From Eledone cirrhosa (taxonomy: Eukaryota): 64,000 nucleotides of DNA. The stretch lies in contig OZ024747.1 in the NCBI GenBank assembly GCA_964016885.1, forward strand, positions 7,254,001-7,318,000, read 5' to 3'. Position numbers and translations under genes: made by a program. The notes beneath the pieces were generated by a model. It was given only the letters and a program-made list of their open reading frames with translations. It made no database searches and was not told the origin of the DNA. Position 1 is the first letter of the stretch; the number at the start of each line of letters is the position of its first letter. Below, one piece after another: positions 12,023 to 26,310 of the stretch.

Positions 12023-13229
12023 GTTTAAATCTGTGAGGTTGGTTCGCCCGCAAGGTTGCGATCCAATGATGACTGAAATGCGTGTGTGTTGGATTGGCCC
12101 AAAGTCTACAAAACAATCATCCACAAAGCCATTGTATATCATTAAATTACCATCTGACGTGAAATTTTCTCTTAAATATATTTCAAACTAGACATCGCCT
12201 AAATATTTCAATTAAATTTAAAAGCTATATTACTTATACATATGCAAACACACGTAGACACACTTTACCTAAACACATATGCACATTTGTTCAATAACAT
12301 AAATAACTGTAAATGTAAACATTTGCCTCCAGAAAAGAAAATGTAATCTAAAAACAATGACGGAAATGCTCATTTTCACCCCCTTTCGACAAATGCACCT
12401 TGTGTATTAGATATTTTATTTAATTGTTTCGTCTTAGATAGGAAATGCTTCCAATCTTATTTTTAAGTTCATCTTTTCTTTTGACGCTTAGTCAGTGAAG
12501 TGAATGATTGGGGGGAGGGTATTATTTTCAAACTAGAGACTTGGCTCGGATTGTTGCAACAGTGAATTCCTGTGGGAAGCAACATGGACCAGGTGATGGC
12601 ATTAGAAAGGGCAAGGAATAAAGTCTACCGTCCAAGAACTCAAACTGATAAGAGCTAAAACAAATGTCACGAGGTATCCTGTCCGACGCTCTAACAATTC
12701 TACCAATTCCTGGTCTGGCACTTTATTTCATCGACCCTGAAAAGGCCAAAAAGATTTTTACTGGGAGCGCCGAAAGCCAGAACAAATGCCACAAGGTATC
12801 TTGACTGACACTCTGTCTTCTCTTGTCCTATCTACAGAAATTACTTGGTGACAAATACATTTACTAGTTATTTGTTTTTAGTGAATGTGTGTCTACATCT
12901 ATATTTGTCACTAGAATAGAACGTGGATTACATTTTTTCAACGTATTTTTATGTTTGTTATTAGAGGCAAACTATATCTGATATATTTTGTAATGATAGG
13001 ATTTTTTTCTCCAGTCTATGTGGATGACAAGTTTCGAATTCTTAATGAAAGATTTCCTCCATAACACACAATGAAATGGTTTTGCTCCATTTAGTATTCT
13101 TTTGTGTTTTAGTTAAGGTACTATTATAGATGAAATATTTTTCATAGTGGTATTATTTTCCTTTGTGTATCTCTTTGTGCGTAAAGATTTCGTTTCCAAT
13201 AGAATATTTCTGATTAATGGTCTTTATTT

Positions 13230-13590
13230 AGTAAGAAGAATCAGGATGGAGAGAGAGGTGCTGTACCCCAGCAAGTTTTATGAAAGGTGGGTGAAAGTGG
13301 CGAGAATGGCCCGAGTGAATGGGCCTTCTCTCTATATCAGCCTGTAGATTGAGGAAAAGGAGGAGGAGAGGAAAGGAGTACAAGCTCTTCGTACTCCTGG
13401 AGATGAGGGTTGCACATTTTTTTCGGGGGTATGTGTTACCCATATAAACTGTCTCCCTCTATTGGGGAAAATCGACTAACTTTTAAATTCCATCTGTGAT
13501 AACATTTTACACGTTTTTATTGTATGTAAACTTCCCCCTTTGTATTTGTCCCCTTCTTTTGTGCCCCTGTGGCTAATAAAGAAATATATC
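13230..13590 (+). mobile_element. 3' fragment of an L1/Tx1-like LINE (ORF end + 3'UTR)
   Basis: RRIRMEREVLYPSKFYERWVKVARM...* resembles Tx1-type C-termini; ends aataaagaaatatat. Confidence 0.5.
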
Positions 13591-15461
13591 TATTTATTTA
13601 GTAAACGTATCTCTACTCGTCACCGCATTCCCCTACTGAGCCATTTATGTTCAATATACTTAAGATTCGCATAAGCTTCGCAATATCCATCAACAAATCC
13701 CCAAATCAGAGATTGAAGATAGTTGCTGGGCAACTGTATATTTAATGTTTATGTGTTGGAAGCCAGAACAAATTTTATGTCAATGATCAAGGAAGTAAAA
13801 CTGAAAACGTTGTTTATTATAAAGGCCAAGGTTAACCTTGCCTTTCATCTTTCCAGGGCCAATAAAATAAAATGCCGGTCAATTGCGGAGGTCAATTTAA
13901 TCGACTTCTTCTTCCTGTAAATTGCTGCCCTTGTGCCAAAATTAGAAACGATTATGATGTTTTTCGTTGAGAATTGTCTGTTTTGCCTGACATTTTCCCC
14001 CAACTCTACGTATGTCTTTGTTACAAAGAATGTAAACGTTTCGAATAATATATTTATGTAAAATTACCAAGATTCTTTTCTCTATAAAATGGTCACTGAG
14101 TCATCAGTTTCTCGGGCATTGCCCGGTATCGTGTGTGCGTGTGATGTTTCACTGCCGTCTATCCAACCAATATTCAAGAAGCTGTTAGAAAAGTCTCAGT
14201 TGGGCCGATTGCTCCGTGCTTGCTGGCTTGTTTATTTTACGTCAACTCATCTTATATATCAGATTACCCTCACACATGTACAGGCATATGTTAAATAGCA
14301 TTGATTTCTTTACATTGGCATAAAGCCAATCTTTACAAGATGAGGAATATAGTTGGCTAGAATTATCAATATGCTACTGGTACTTAATAAATTCATGCTG
14401 GGATGGAAAAAAAAAGATTACATTGTTGATTCTGGTGGAATTTCTTGTTAACATGATGCATTTTGTGAACAATCATTTTACCTGTTATAGGTATCCAGGC
14501 CTCATTGCATTTCCAATAGTGCCAATATACAAATGTACGATGAGCTTTCGACATTGGTCAACTCGAGGCTATGGTAGAAGACACTTGCCCAAAGTATCCA
14601 CACAGTGGAATTGAACCCGTAACCATGCTTACACCCAAGAACATGGATTGAATAATGAGAGATGGTGCTAAATACTCAGTTACTTAGTCTGACACTCTAC
14701 CGATTCTGCAAACTCTCCTCTTGCGTTTTCTCTATCTGTCTATCTCTGTGTTGATAGATATTGGTTAGTCCTTTATATTTGTAGGTCTTAGTCAGGAAGG
14801 GTCTACTTGGGCTTTTAGGAATCTATAGTAGAAGTAACTTAATGAGATTTTATTTATGCCGGTCATATTGTACCGACCGTAGAACCAGCTTAGATAATTT
14901 ACATTTCTGACTTCAAATTTCTCCTTTCATCTGTTTTCGATAAAAATTGACTGTAACACTGCCCAGCTCTTTTACAAATCGACTTTGTTCTTGTGAAATA
15001 ATCAATGCTCGCCTTCCTGTATAAAGTTTTTATCCTATTTTTATCATCTACTCTTCTCGTGTTAACATTTCCTCTATTACAGTAAATGAAAGATTTAGTC
15101 TGGAAACATCCTCCACCAGTCTACAGTTTGTTTGTTGTTTCTATTCGATGGGTCTGAGATAGACTACGTTTTTACCAGTGCTCGTATACTTATCGCTCGC
15201 TTTTTTTTTTATTTTAGATTTTATGCAAATTATTTCCTTATCTGCTTCCTGCTGACTTCACCTATCCTCCCTTTGTCTGTCTTCACTGTTGTGCTGCTTG
15301 GTTGTAAAGCTTTTAGATATATCTTGCGTTTATTTCTAAGTTCCTATTTTGCAAGTGTTGAAGGTTTGTTGAAATTTATTTTAGTGCCATTACAGTAAAG
15401 TTCCGAAGCAGAACATGAAACGAGAACGAAACGCCATGCATTTTTTATTATCATTATTGGT

Positions 15462-15650
15462 GGATTGGCAGTATCGGTAAAGCGTTGGACGCCTTGCTTT
15501 GTAGCATAGAGTTACGCCCCTTTACGATCTGAGTTCAAATCCCACTGAGGTCAACTTTGTCTTTCATCCTTACAGGGTCGATAAAATAAAGTACCAGTAA
15601 TATACTGGTGTAGTTGCTGGCTTCGTGCCAAAAATAGAAACAATTATTAT
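15462..15650 (+). mobile_element. Young tRNA-derived SINE
   Basis: Same head, B-box, core and tail as the 5786 copy. Confidence 0.85.
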
Positions 15651-16307
15651 TCAATGATTTTACAATTTTATTTAATAAATTTCACGTAACTCATTTTGGG
15701 AGGGTGGGAGTCTGAATAATTTTGATTTTTTAGTCTTTTTTTTTTGTTTTTTTTTTTGTTTTTGTAAACCTTCATCATATCTAAAGGAAAAACCTTTATT
15801 TATTGTGCGTATTAGTAGAGTATAAAGTTGGCTTATTTTATTTATATAAGAAATTAACTAATTAATAGTCATGGGCTTGTACCATCAACTAGCGAACAAT
15901 GAGTGGGGCATTTCCATCGTCGCCCAACTTGGTGTAAATACCAACCAAGGATCCCTCAAATTATACCCTAGCGTCTCAAAAAAGGACGAACAGTTTGGAT
16001 AACGTAAACAAGAATACACTATACTAATAAAACGGGAACAAAAGACGAAATGGTTATAGCTGGAATGCTTTTGAGCTCAACCAGGGTTTACCTGTGTCTA
16101 ACATGTAGAGTGGACCAATAAGAGTGTCTACGAGGCTGCTCGGCTTGTTAGAACTAGCTTACAAATCCCCTTCAAATAAAACCCTGCTGCCACGAAAAGT
16201 CAGTTAGTTACACATTGGGTGATGTAGGCCAAGATACACTGTCAGAATAAAAGACGTGACTATCATGATACTAACGTTTGATAGATTAGAATAAACTAGG
16301 GCTAAAC

Positions 16308-16547
16308 CAGTAGCGTGCAGAGGGGGTTGGCGAGGGTGCGTTGGCCCCCGGGCATCATTTGGTGGAAAGAACTTAATAAATTTGATTGATTTATATTAAA
16401 ATCGCATAAAGCGTTTATTTCATGTTTCATCTGTGTTTATATATTCAAAATGTTTTTATTTCTCAGTATATTAGGCCTTATACTTGAGTCTTTGGGGCAT
16501 ACAATCAAGATTTTCCCCGGGCATCACCAGAGCTCTGCACGCCGCTG
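16308..16547. mobile_element. hAT-type MITE with perfect 8-bp TSD
   Basis: TIR cagtagcgtgcagag / ctctgcacgccgctg; TSD GGCTAAAC at 16300-16307 and 16548-16555. Confidence 0.85.
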
Positions 16548-17211
16548 GGCTAAACAACAGCAATCGGCCACAGTTCCGATACATATACAACTCTGCTTTG
16601 TCTTACTTAACCTATGCATTTTTCCTTTGTTCTGTTGCTGTACATCTCCATTGTCTTAGACCAAAAGCTTTCTAATTAGTTATCGATTCTCGTCGTCATT
16701 CTAATTATATAGACTGATAAGAGTGGCTAGTTTTGAATAGCTGCTGTAGAATTACGTTGCTGTTATGTCTGCCAGTGATAATTGGGACTCCACTTTCACT
16801 TTGTCAAACCGCAGCTTTTATCATTTTGTTTGGCAGCCGGCGACTTGTGGTTAAATAACTAATATACACACACGCACGCTCAAATATATGGAATATTTTG
16901 CTTTTTATAACGTACTCAACGACGAATGTTCCAGTTGATTTAATCAATGGAATTACCTGCTCGTGAAATTAACTTGTAAGTGGCCGAGCATTCCACGTGC
17001 ACCTTTGACGTGGTTCTCAGGGAGATTCAGTGTGACAAGCTTGCTCGTTTGAATTATAGGTACAACTCATTTTTACCAGCTGGAGCAACATGAAATACAA
17101 TGTCTTGCTCAAGAACAATACAGTGTGAGCTGAACACCCTAACCATTTAGCCAATCACCTTTATATAAACAATAACAGATAATAGAATGAACTGGAACTG
17201 GAAGGAAATAT

Positions 17212-17330
17212 AATTGTTTCTACTTTTGGCACAAGGCCAACAATTACCCAGTGTATTACTGGTACTTTATTTTATCGACCCCATAAAGATGATAGGCAAA
17301 GCTTACATCGGCGGGTTTTGAACTCAGAAT
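17212..17330 (-). mobile_element. SINE, 5'-truncated, reverse orientation
   Basis: aattgtttctacttttggcacaaggcc...gtactttattttatcgacccc...ttgaactcaga. Confidence 0.8.
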
Positions 17331-18865
17331 GGCAGGAAATATAATGAAAGGTATCTGCTTTCTCTTTGATTTCTTTTGTAATCTATAGTGATTAGTTCAG
17401 GAAAAAGAATTTTTCAAAATGATTTATTCATAAATTACTTGTGACATACCGACTTGCACTTTCGCAACAAGCTGTTTCTACCAACCAATAAATTAGCTCA
17501 ACATGGTATGGTAGTCTCAGAAAACCGCCAAGAAGCACATTTGACTTGCTTTTTTGTACAACCCTTGCATGTTCCTGAAACTCCCGAGGGAGTCGTAGTG
17601 GTGCCGTATTGACATCCGGTGTTTCTAGGGTATTTTGTGATCCAGCTCTGAGTACAGCAGTGGGAGAATGGAAATGAGAAAGACATATTATAGTGGAAGA
17701 ATCGACCCCAGTACTTGACTGGTACGTTTTTATTAACCTTGAATGGATGAAAGGCAAAGTTGAGCTTGACATGATTTGAACTCGGAGAACAGAGAGCTGG
17801 AATGAGTACCACAAAGCATTCTATCCGACAGTGCAACTCGTGACTTATGGTAAAATACAAGAAGTGTTAAACCAATGTTCACTTTTGAGATTTTCTATTC
17901 AAATTTAGATACTTTGAAGTACAATTAAATTTTATTAACTCCTTTGATACCAACCAACCCACCCAAAACTTTAAATTAATTAGGGTTTCCTAATTAATTT
18001 AAGGTTTTTCAACATAATTATATAGAAGAACCTTTTGTTAAGTTATAAATAACATAATTTTAGTAAATCCCTCAATATTCAAATGCAGTAATGGTAATGA
18101 ATAGGTTAACTTTTCTAATCTCCCAAGCTTCCAAACCCTTGCTTCTTGTTGCTTGCTTGTTATCCCTTCATTTGTACTGTTTCTACCCCAATTATTGTTA
18201 TCTTGAAACAATTCCTAACTATTGTCATAACCCATCTGTTGACCTAGTCATGAACCTACTTAGTTGACTGCTTAAAATTATCTGGACTGGATTTGCTTAG
18301 CCTCTGGCAGATTTGTGGTACATCTTTAGATAGATATTCTAGACACTGAAATAGAAGTACTTCACTAATGCTATTTTATATTACTGACATCACAGAAAGT
18401 AGACAGTTTTTAGTTGGTGCTGCTAGACACAAAGAAAACATTTTTTAAAGTGTTTTTCCATTTTTTTTTTAACCATTTGCCTCTGTTTAACTAAAAAATT
18501 TTTTTAGAGTGTTCCAACCATGACCATCTCATTTTTTTTTTAGACATTGGCTCTAGGATTCATTATTCAATTTTTTTTTGTTTTGAAAGAGATTTGGCTG
18601 CTATTTCTAGCAGGTCAAGTGTGCATTTACATGACTTCCCAATTTCATTTAAAGTTAAATGGTCTTCCATGAGAAAGAGAAATTATTACCGGGAGTCAGT
18701 TTGTTAACTTGAGATAACTCAAATGTGTATTTGATGCTGGTTAATTAATAAATTGATCTTAGAATGAGAAGGAAAGTTATCTCTAATGTTTCACAGTTAT
18801 TTTCCATTCTTTTAGCTCCCTCATTGAAACTCATACTATGTATATAAAGAGTTTTCTTTTCTTTT

Positions 18866-19288
18866 TTGTGCCGCGCCAATCTGAATACCATATCTCCTTT
18901 AACTTCCTCTCTACACTATTCTCTGCAACAACCACTTTCTGGAATCAGACTTTGTAACTGCTCCAATCTTTCTCAAGCCTGTCTTAATCTCCTTCAAAAG
19001 CAACACATATCCAGGAGATCCATTGTCATTAACCACACCCAAACTGGAACTCCCACTTGCTCACTCTCCTATGCTATACTTCATTTTGCAAGCTTCACTT
19101 CCCAAATAGTATCTAAACCTAGTCTATCATATAATTTTCCTAGTCACTCCATTAAGCACCTTTCAGCCCGTGATGTTCTCCAAAACTATGGCTCAACTGA
19201 CTTCCACAAATGCAAGGGAAAGCATTGCACCTTTAGCCTGAGAACCTCTGCAACACATACTATGAGTATACACTTCAACTTCCTTTGA
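18866..19288 (+). mobile_element. Decayed Penelope-like element fragment (C-terminal GIY-YIG endonuclease region)
   Basis: SKPSLSYNFPSHSIKHLS...GSTDFHKCKGKHCTFSLRTSATHTMSIHFNFL resembles the PLE C-terminal pattern KPVARHFN..HS...RK..EQ..IF.LGTL.P.G.N..F.F. Confidence 0.55.
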
Positions 19289-20494
19289 TTGTGCCATCTC
19301 TCTCCCTCTTAAGCTTAGTTCTTGTGTCCTCATCCCTTGTCCTTTCTATTAAGAATATTTTATATCTGTATCATTATAAATATATATATATAAATATATG
19401 CATGCATGAGTGTATATGCCTACATACTTAGGTTTTTGTATGTCAATAAAGATGTTTGTGTGTGTGTGAATGAGGGCATTCTGCATGTCTACTACTACTG
19501 GTGGCAAAACAATTGAACCATAGTTCTCTCTGCTCCCCATCTTACTTGAACACTGCTATGTCCTTTACCTGGCTTAAGATGTTGACTATTTTTACCTCCA
19601 ATTCTAGGTTCATCCCCATCGTTCATCTTCCACCACAATCTTCTGACCTTTTCACATCACCCCTTCCTCTGTTCCTCCTTCACTCCCTAATTCACTGTAC
19701 ATTACTCTCCTCATCACTCTTTCTCTTCAATCCGTTTCACATATATTTGCCCACAATTCAAGAGACAACACTTTCTCTTATTCTGTTGAAGAGCAAGGGC
19801 TCAACAAATTAGATTGTTTGCTTCTCTGGTCAATTAAACTTATCAGACCCTTTTAACCCCTTCAAGAAGCAATACTTAGCAGTGCAGTTTTTGCTTTATT
19901 ATATATGTGGGTTCCCTAAAAGATGTTAGAAACTAGGAGACCTAGCAACTTTTAATGGATTAGATAAGGTGAATATAAGATTTTTTTATGTGCAGTCTTC
20001 TGTTAGGGAGAAAAATATAGCTAATGCTGTAATTTAATTCCGTTAGATTTACAGTTGATTGGTTAAGGACATCAATGTGACTATTAGTTTCTTGTGAGGG
20101 GTTTGATTGAATTCATGAACATTTGACTTGCTTTTCAATACTTTAGGGTAGAGTGAATGTATACCAGAATTTACTAGGGCTGCTTCAATCATGTACATAC
20201 TTTCCTATGCAAAAATTATCATTGGACACATATTTATATTCCATATATCTTATACAATGTCTATTGTTTTAATTTTATGTAAACTTGTTTGGATTATCTT
20301 CTGTAAAAGCACACATTCTTCTTGTAGACTCTTATCTTTTTGAATAATACCTAGAACATTCTGCTTCTCTCCTACACACATTCTCTCTATTCCAGGGCTG
20401 GGCTCGATATCAACCTCATTTCAACAAATATATACACATTGTCTGCCTCTTTTCTATACACTCTCACACTCTCTCTTTCAACCCCACACTAACT

Positions 20495-20630
20495 CTCTCT
20501 CTATCACCACACACTCCCTCTCTCCATCACCACACACTCCCTCTCTCTATCACCACACACTCCCTCTCTCTATCACCACACACTCCCTCTCTCTATCACC
20601 ACACACTCCCTCTCTCTATCACCACACACT
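20495..20630. repeat. 22-bp tandem repeat (ctctctctatcaccacacactc-type), ~6 copies
   Basis: Direct inspection. Confidence 0.9.
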
Positions 20631-21610
20631 CTCTTTTCCCCCACACTCTCACTCTATCTTTCACTTATGGTAACCTTAGATACCTCCTCCCCCACTTCAA
20701 TTCTAACATTTTGTTTCTTCATGCTTAAAATTCCTTCTTGAGAATATCTTCACTGCAGCTGACTGCAGTCTTTATTGGCTCAAGTGTCCAGCTCTTTCCA
20801 CCATGTTATATATAAAGTACTACTAAAGTACTTGAGGATTTAGCTGAATACTAACTAGATGAGAATCTTAGTTACCTGAAGAGTCATTGGATTGTTGGGG
20901 GTGGTTTAAAAGATTAATTGATTTTTAATGAATATAATCCATTATTTTATTGTTAATTTAGGAGATAATCTCTCAAATGATCATGTAATTAATAGACAGC
21001 TGCTTTCTATGCAGTTGCATTTAGGAGCATGTATTGGACTGATATATTGGACTTTTCCATGCTTTGTAACATGAGTTGGATGAGTTTGCAGAACAAAATG
21101 TCCATATACCTCATATGTCTCCTTTCTACATCCTTTCATTGAAAAGGTTCTCGCTTGTTATGGTGTTGTCCCTTCTCTCCATCTATTCTGCTATTCCATC
21201 TCTTTCTCGCTTTTATGTTTTTTTATCTTACACATCTTTTCACATATTTTTTTTTTACCAGACATTTTTTTTTATATATCCATCTCCAATTGAAGCATTA
21301 CTTAAAATGTTTGTGAAGATGTTTGACAAGATGTAACCATTTCATCAACAACCCCTAATGTCTTTCATAAAAACATGAATATCACAATCTCCATCAAATG
21401 ACACGCTACCATGTTAAAGGGTATTTGGTTAATGCATTCCTAAATAACTCTAAAAAGTCAGGATGGTTATGGTTGACCTGAAGCTAAATATCTGGAGCTT
21501 TTGTGCTTTGTTTAAAAAAAATGATAGAATATGAGAGGTAATAACATCTACGTCTCTCACACAGCAGAGTCGTAGATACTTAGTTGTAAAAAGGCTGGTA
21601 TTATTATTCC

Positions 21611-21797
21611 ATTGGCAGTATCGGTAAGGGTCGGACGCCATGCTTTGAAGCATAGAGTTACCTCCCTTTATGATCTGAGTTCAAATCCCGCCGAGGTTAA
21701 CTTTGCCTTTCATCCTTACGGGGTCGATAAAATAAAGTACCAGTAATGCACTGGAATAATTGCTGGCCTTGTGCCAAAAGTAGAAACAATTATTATT
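21611..21797 (+). mobile_element. Young tRNA-derived SINE with TSD
   Basis: Full-length; ttattattcca duplicated at both ends. Confidence 0.88.
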
Positions 21798-22859
21798 CCA
21801 AATCCTATTTAGAGCTGTTAAAAATATTGGGTTTATGTCATTTGACATAACTATAAGTTTTGTAATTAAGAAAATAAAGGGAGGAGTTTATAGTGCTTTG
21901 TGTATTAGCTCTGATTTAGCACTGTCCTTTTGCTTTTAATGTTAGGATATGGCTGCTATTTCTAGCAAGTCAAGTAATTGCACAGAGGCTCCCTTATCTC
22001 CTGTATTTGTTAATGTTTATGTGGCTTATACAATTATATTTAGAGATTATAGATTTTAGATGTATTCAGACCTGCGTGTTTGTTATAAGCTACTTATTGG
22101 CTTTCATCTTATTGGGTGATTATTTTATTTCCTTATTGCCATGTTATATGTATTACCAGATATGAAAAGATTTAAGAGAAGAAAAAATAACATGAGTGAC
22201 AAAACTACTAACAGAATATTAGAAAATAGAAAGCATGTTTACATTACAAGTGTAAACAAAATTAAGTGTAATTTGAGATGCTATGTGTAAACATATGTAG
22301 TGATACTGTTGGACTTTTGAGAACCATTGTGATGTGTATTTATACTGAAGTAGAGGTATAGTTGGTCATTTGAAGACAATGGTGATGTGTATATTGATTA
22401 ATAGGAAGCAGTGATGGTCTGTGTATATTACTTAGAGTAGTTGATGGCAGAATCATTACAGCCTTGTGGTATTTGTTCTGGTTCTTTATGTTCTGCTTTC
22501 AAATCCTGTCATAGTCAACTTTGTTTTTCATCCTTCAATGGTCAATAAAAAATGTACTGAAGTCAATTTAATCAAGAGTTAGAAGCTATAAGACAGTCAG
22601 ACATCTTCAACTTTGTTCAGACTACTCTGGTGCCAAACTATATCACTCCTTGTTTTTCCCCTTGGACAATATTGATGGTGTGGGAAGGAGAGACTTGGAC
22701 ATAGGTAAATGCCAGTTTTCCATACCACCTTGTCCAGACATGCATTCATTTTCACCTCACTGCACTCTACCTATGCAGATTGAAGCATGGCTTTCCAGAT
22801 GCAGATCCACGATACACTGTTGGTGTTTTGGTGGCAGTAATTATTGAAAGATAATTTCT

Positions 22860-23068
22860 TTAACCTTTTAACATTTAAGCCAGAATTCTCCCACCTCTTT
22901 CTGTTCAAACTGGTTGTAACTGGCCACTCATACTGATGTGAAGGTATTGTTTTCAAAATAATTAAAATTTCATAGATTCAATATTATGTGAGATAATTGT
23001 GTAAGATAAAGCCTTTCCTGCGAAAATATAATAGTATATATAGAGTAATGTAAATGCTAAAGGGTTAA
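22860..23068. mobile_element. piggyBac-type MITE copy 1 (orientation Y)
   Basis: TTAA at both ends, right TIR taaatgctaaaggg, left TIR slightly decayed; homologous to five other copies. Confidence 0.8.
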
Positions 23069-25094
23069 AGATGTTTTCTTTTGCTGTTACTTATTGTCTT
23101 CCTGGGATACTTTTTGATCATAGTAAAAATGTATTCCTATTGTAAGGGAGACTATGAAGTGAGTATATGTCTTGTGTCTGAGTAGTGTATGTAAAATGAA
23201 TTTCTTTGTTCCTATTGATTCAGTAAATGTGTTAAGTAAATACATCCATTCTTTTCAAGTCTCTCTATTTCCATTGCAGTTACATTGTTTAATGATTGCT
23301 TCCATACATTATCTTCAATCTTATTCAAATTAAACCCAAGCTGACATAGTGTCAACCTTTGTTTAATTTGAACTCAGAACAACCAGTCAGTCAACTAGAA
23401 TCATTAATATAACCAACCCAAGCTCAAGAAACTTGACTGCCTTAGTTTTTTTTTTTTCTTACATTGACAGTTTCAATCTTTTTCTCCTGATTCTAGCTCA
23501 CATGATCATCTCTACTTGAACCTACAGTTCAAGGAAGGCCTTGAGTGCCAGTCATTTGACCTTGATATCTTATATATGTCTCCTTCTTGCTTATCTCTAC
23601 AACCTTTTTTCTATTTCTAGTGTCTGCTCTTACTGTTATTATTCCTGTTTATTCCCTGATAGTGTGTGGTTTGGTGAGATGATGTTAATCTGGTGTATTT
23701 ATCAGTATAGTGGTGTTGAACTGTGATTTGTGTGCAGTGTATAGTCATGTACACCAAGTGACATTACTCCTGCCTGTAAGGGAGGGGGAGGTCAAGTGAA
23801 TGTTATTCTGGTGTGAAGTCCAAGTGGTAGTAGTCTGAATTTAGTCCAGAAAGTAAACTGGGGTTAGTTGGTGTGGTAGTTATAAGTTTCATATTGGGTT
23901 TGTAATTTGTAGCAATGTATTATATAAGGGATTATTGTCTGGTGTGTGTGGTTTGTGGTGTTGAGGCTTTAAGGCTGTATATGTGGAATGGTTGGCTGTT
24001 TTAGCTGCTCCTTTTACAATATTACTTTTTCTCACCTTTTCCTCATCATATATAAATTGCTACCAGTTCTGTGTGTGATTGTGGGGTCTAGCTAAGTAAA
24101 CTAAAAATGTTAATTCAATTTAATCACTTAAACAGACACTAAATTTTATGGCAAGGATCACATAAGCACCCTTCATGTTCTCCCTCACAGTAGTCATTGG
24201 CAGCAGTGTTTGAAGTAGGTTACTGCACCTTTGCAATGGGTATATGAGTATATGTGAGTTGCATTTTCTTTTTAAATTAGAATTAATCATGATTTGTGAC
24301 CATTAAGTGTTAAGAAAGGACAACCAAGGTAAAAATGTATCAATATTATTGGATAAATATCCATATATCAAAGTTCTATAATATTTCATTCATATTTTTT
24401 TACTACTAAAAATAAAATAGTTAAATACGTTTGTGCTTTCCTTCCTGCATATTAACTTTTTAAAATTGTGTTGTTTAGCCCTAATCCAAAAGACCTATGA
24501 TCACAAGTATTCCAACAATGACCATTCTGTTTCTATTTCAGAAGTATATCTAAGACTGTATTATCTAATATATCCTATTAAGACAGTAGTATGTGATTTG
24601 AGGGAGAATTGCTTGCTATTTTTAGGTCAACCAACTGTGTAGAGGCATTTCATCGGTTTGCTTGTTTTAAATGTTTGGAAGTAGCGGAGTTTATTTGAAT
24701 GACATTTACTAGTTTCCCTGTCAGTCATCATTCAACTCCAAGTCCTTTGTCAGTAAACTGCTTGTGGTGCATAATTACAGTGCTGTTTTTTTCATTTCAA
24801 CATTTAAACACCAAACATTACTCACCGAGTCATTGAGAAAATCCATATATTTCAGCTGAAGTGGCTGTTGAAGTCAGTAACTCCAATATGCCCTGGGAAC
24901 TCCTCTTAAGTGTAAACATTGTGATCAAATCAGAAAAGAATATTAACATTTTTTAAATGAAATCATTTATTCTATTTTGATTTGATTTCAAGTTCTTTTT
25001 ATCTACCTCTTCTCTCCAAGTATATGGTTAATGAAAATATATTTTATAAATATGAAATACCAACTCAATACTGTTGGGATTTAAATTCCCTTCT

Positions 25095-25310
25095 TTAACC
25101 CTTTACCATTTACATTACTCTATATTTACTTTTGTATTTTCACAGTAAAGGCTTTATCTCACATAATATCGAATCTATGAAATTTTGATATTATTCATTT
25201 TGAGAACAAAACTTTAACATCAGTATGAGTGGTCAGGTATGGCTGGTTTGAACAGAAAGAGATGAGAAAATTCTGGCCAGATACAGCCGGTTTAAATGCT
25301 AAAGGGTTAA
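25095..25310. mobile_element. piggyBac-type MITE copy 2 (orientation X), 73 nt before exon 2
   Basis: TTAA-ccctttaccattta...taaatgctaaaggg-TTAA. Confidence 0.85.
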
Positions 25311-25383
25311 TACTTCTTAGTTATTTGTATGATTGTTTATTTATTTTCAAGATTAAGTTGATATTCTGTTTGTTTTCTTCCAG

Positions 25384-26310
25384 ATGAAGACGGTCGGAAA
25401 GCTGAAATGGGAGCTAATTGGATACATGGCATTGAGAAAAACCCTATTTATCAGATAGCTGAAAGTAATGAGCTCTTACAGTTGCGTAATAAAAACAAAA
25501 CTCTACGACATAAACGTCTTTTCCTGCAAGAGGATGGTATGACCATCTGTGGAGAAGTCCTAAACAAAGTTGACCTTGCTTTTGGCCAGTGTATGGTCGA
25601 TTGTGAGTCTTTTTTCAAGGATGATTTGGATGTACCTAACGACATGGAAAGTGTTGGAGACTTCATAGACCAGGATCTTTTATACCATCTTGACAACTTG
25701 TCTTATGAAGAAAGAAAACGTTTCTCACTTATCTTTGACCAGCGTGTAGCTTCAGAATGCATTATTAATGGGTGCAATTCGCTCTTCGATGTGTCGCTAT
25801 GTGATATTGGTAGCTACGAGGAATTGCCAGGAATCCACTATACTATTCCTCCAGGTTTTGAGAAAGTTATTGAAATTTTAAAGAGCAATATTCCACCCGA
25901 GGCTATTCTATTAAACCACCCTGTCCGCTGTGTACACTGGGCTCGTTCTAAATGTGAAAGCAGAGAATACTCAGTGGTTGTTGAGTGTGAAAATGAAGAA
26001 CTATTCCAGGCTGACCATGTGATAGTCACAGTTTCCCTCGGTGTGCTAAAGGCTGCATGTGACCGAATGTTTAGTCCACAATTACCAAATCGGAAACTAC
26101 TGGCCATTGATCATCTGGGTTTTGGTATTGTAGATAAGGTCATTCTGGAGTTTGACAGATCCATAATTGATTCAGACACAAAACTTATAAACCTTCTCTG
26201 GAATTCTAAGAAAGACTCGGATAAAGAGAACTTCCAGAGACAAAATCTTGGAGACAATTGGGTGAGAGGTATTGCTTCATTTGAAGTCATTCACACGAAT
26301 GTTTTATTGG
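25384..26310 (+). CDS. Polyamine oxidase coding exon 2 (927 nt, phase 1-1)
   Basis: Acceptor tgttttcttccag|AT; joins exon 1 as ...TIL-D-EDGRKAEMGANWIHG; contains ADHVIVTVSLGVLK and the conserved Lys motif GIVDKVILEF; donor TTGG|GTAAGT. Confidence 0.95.
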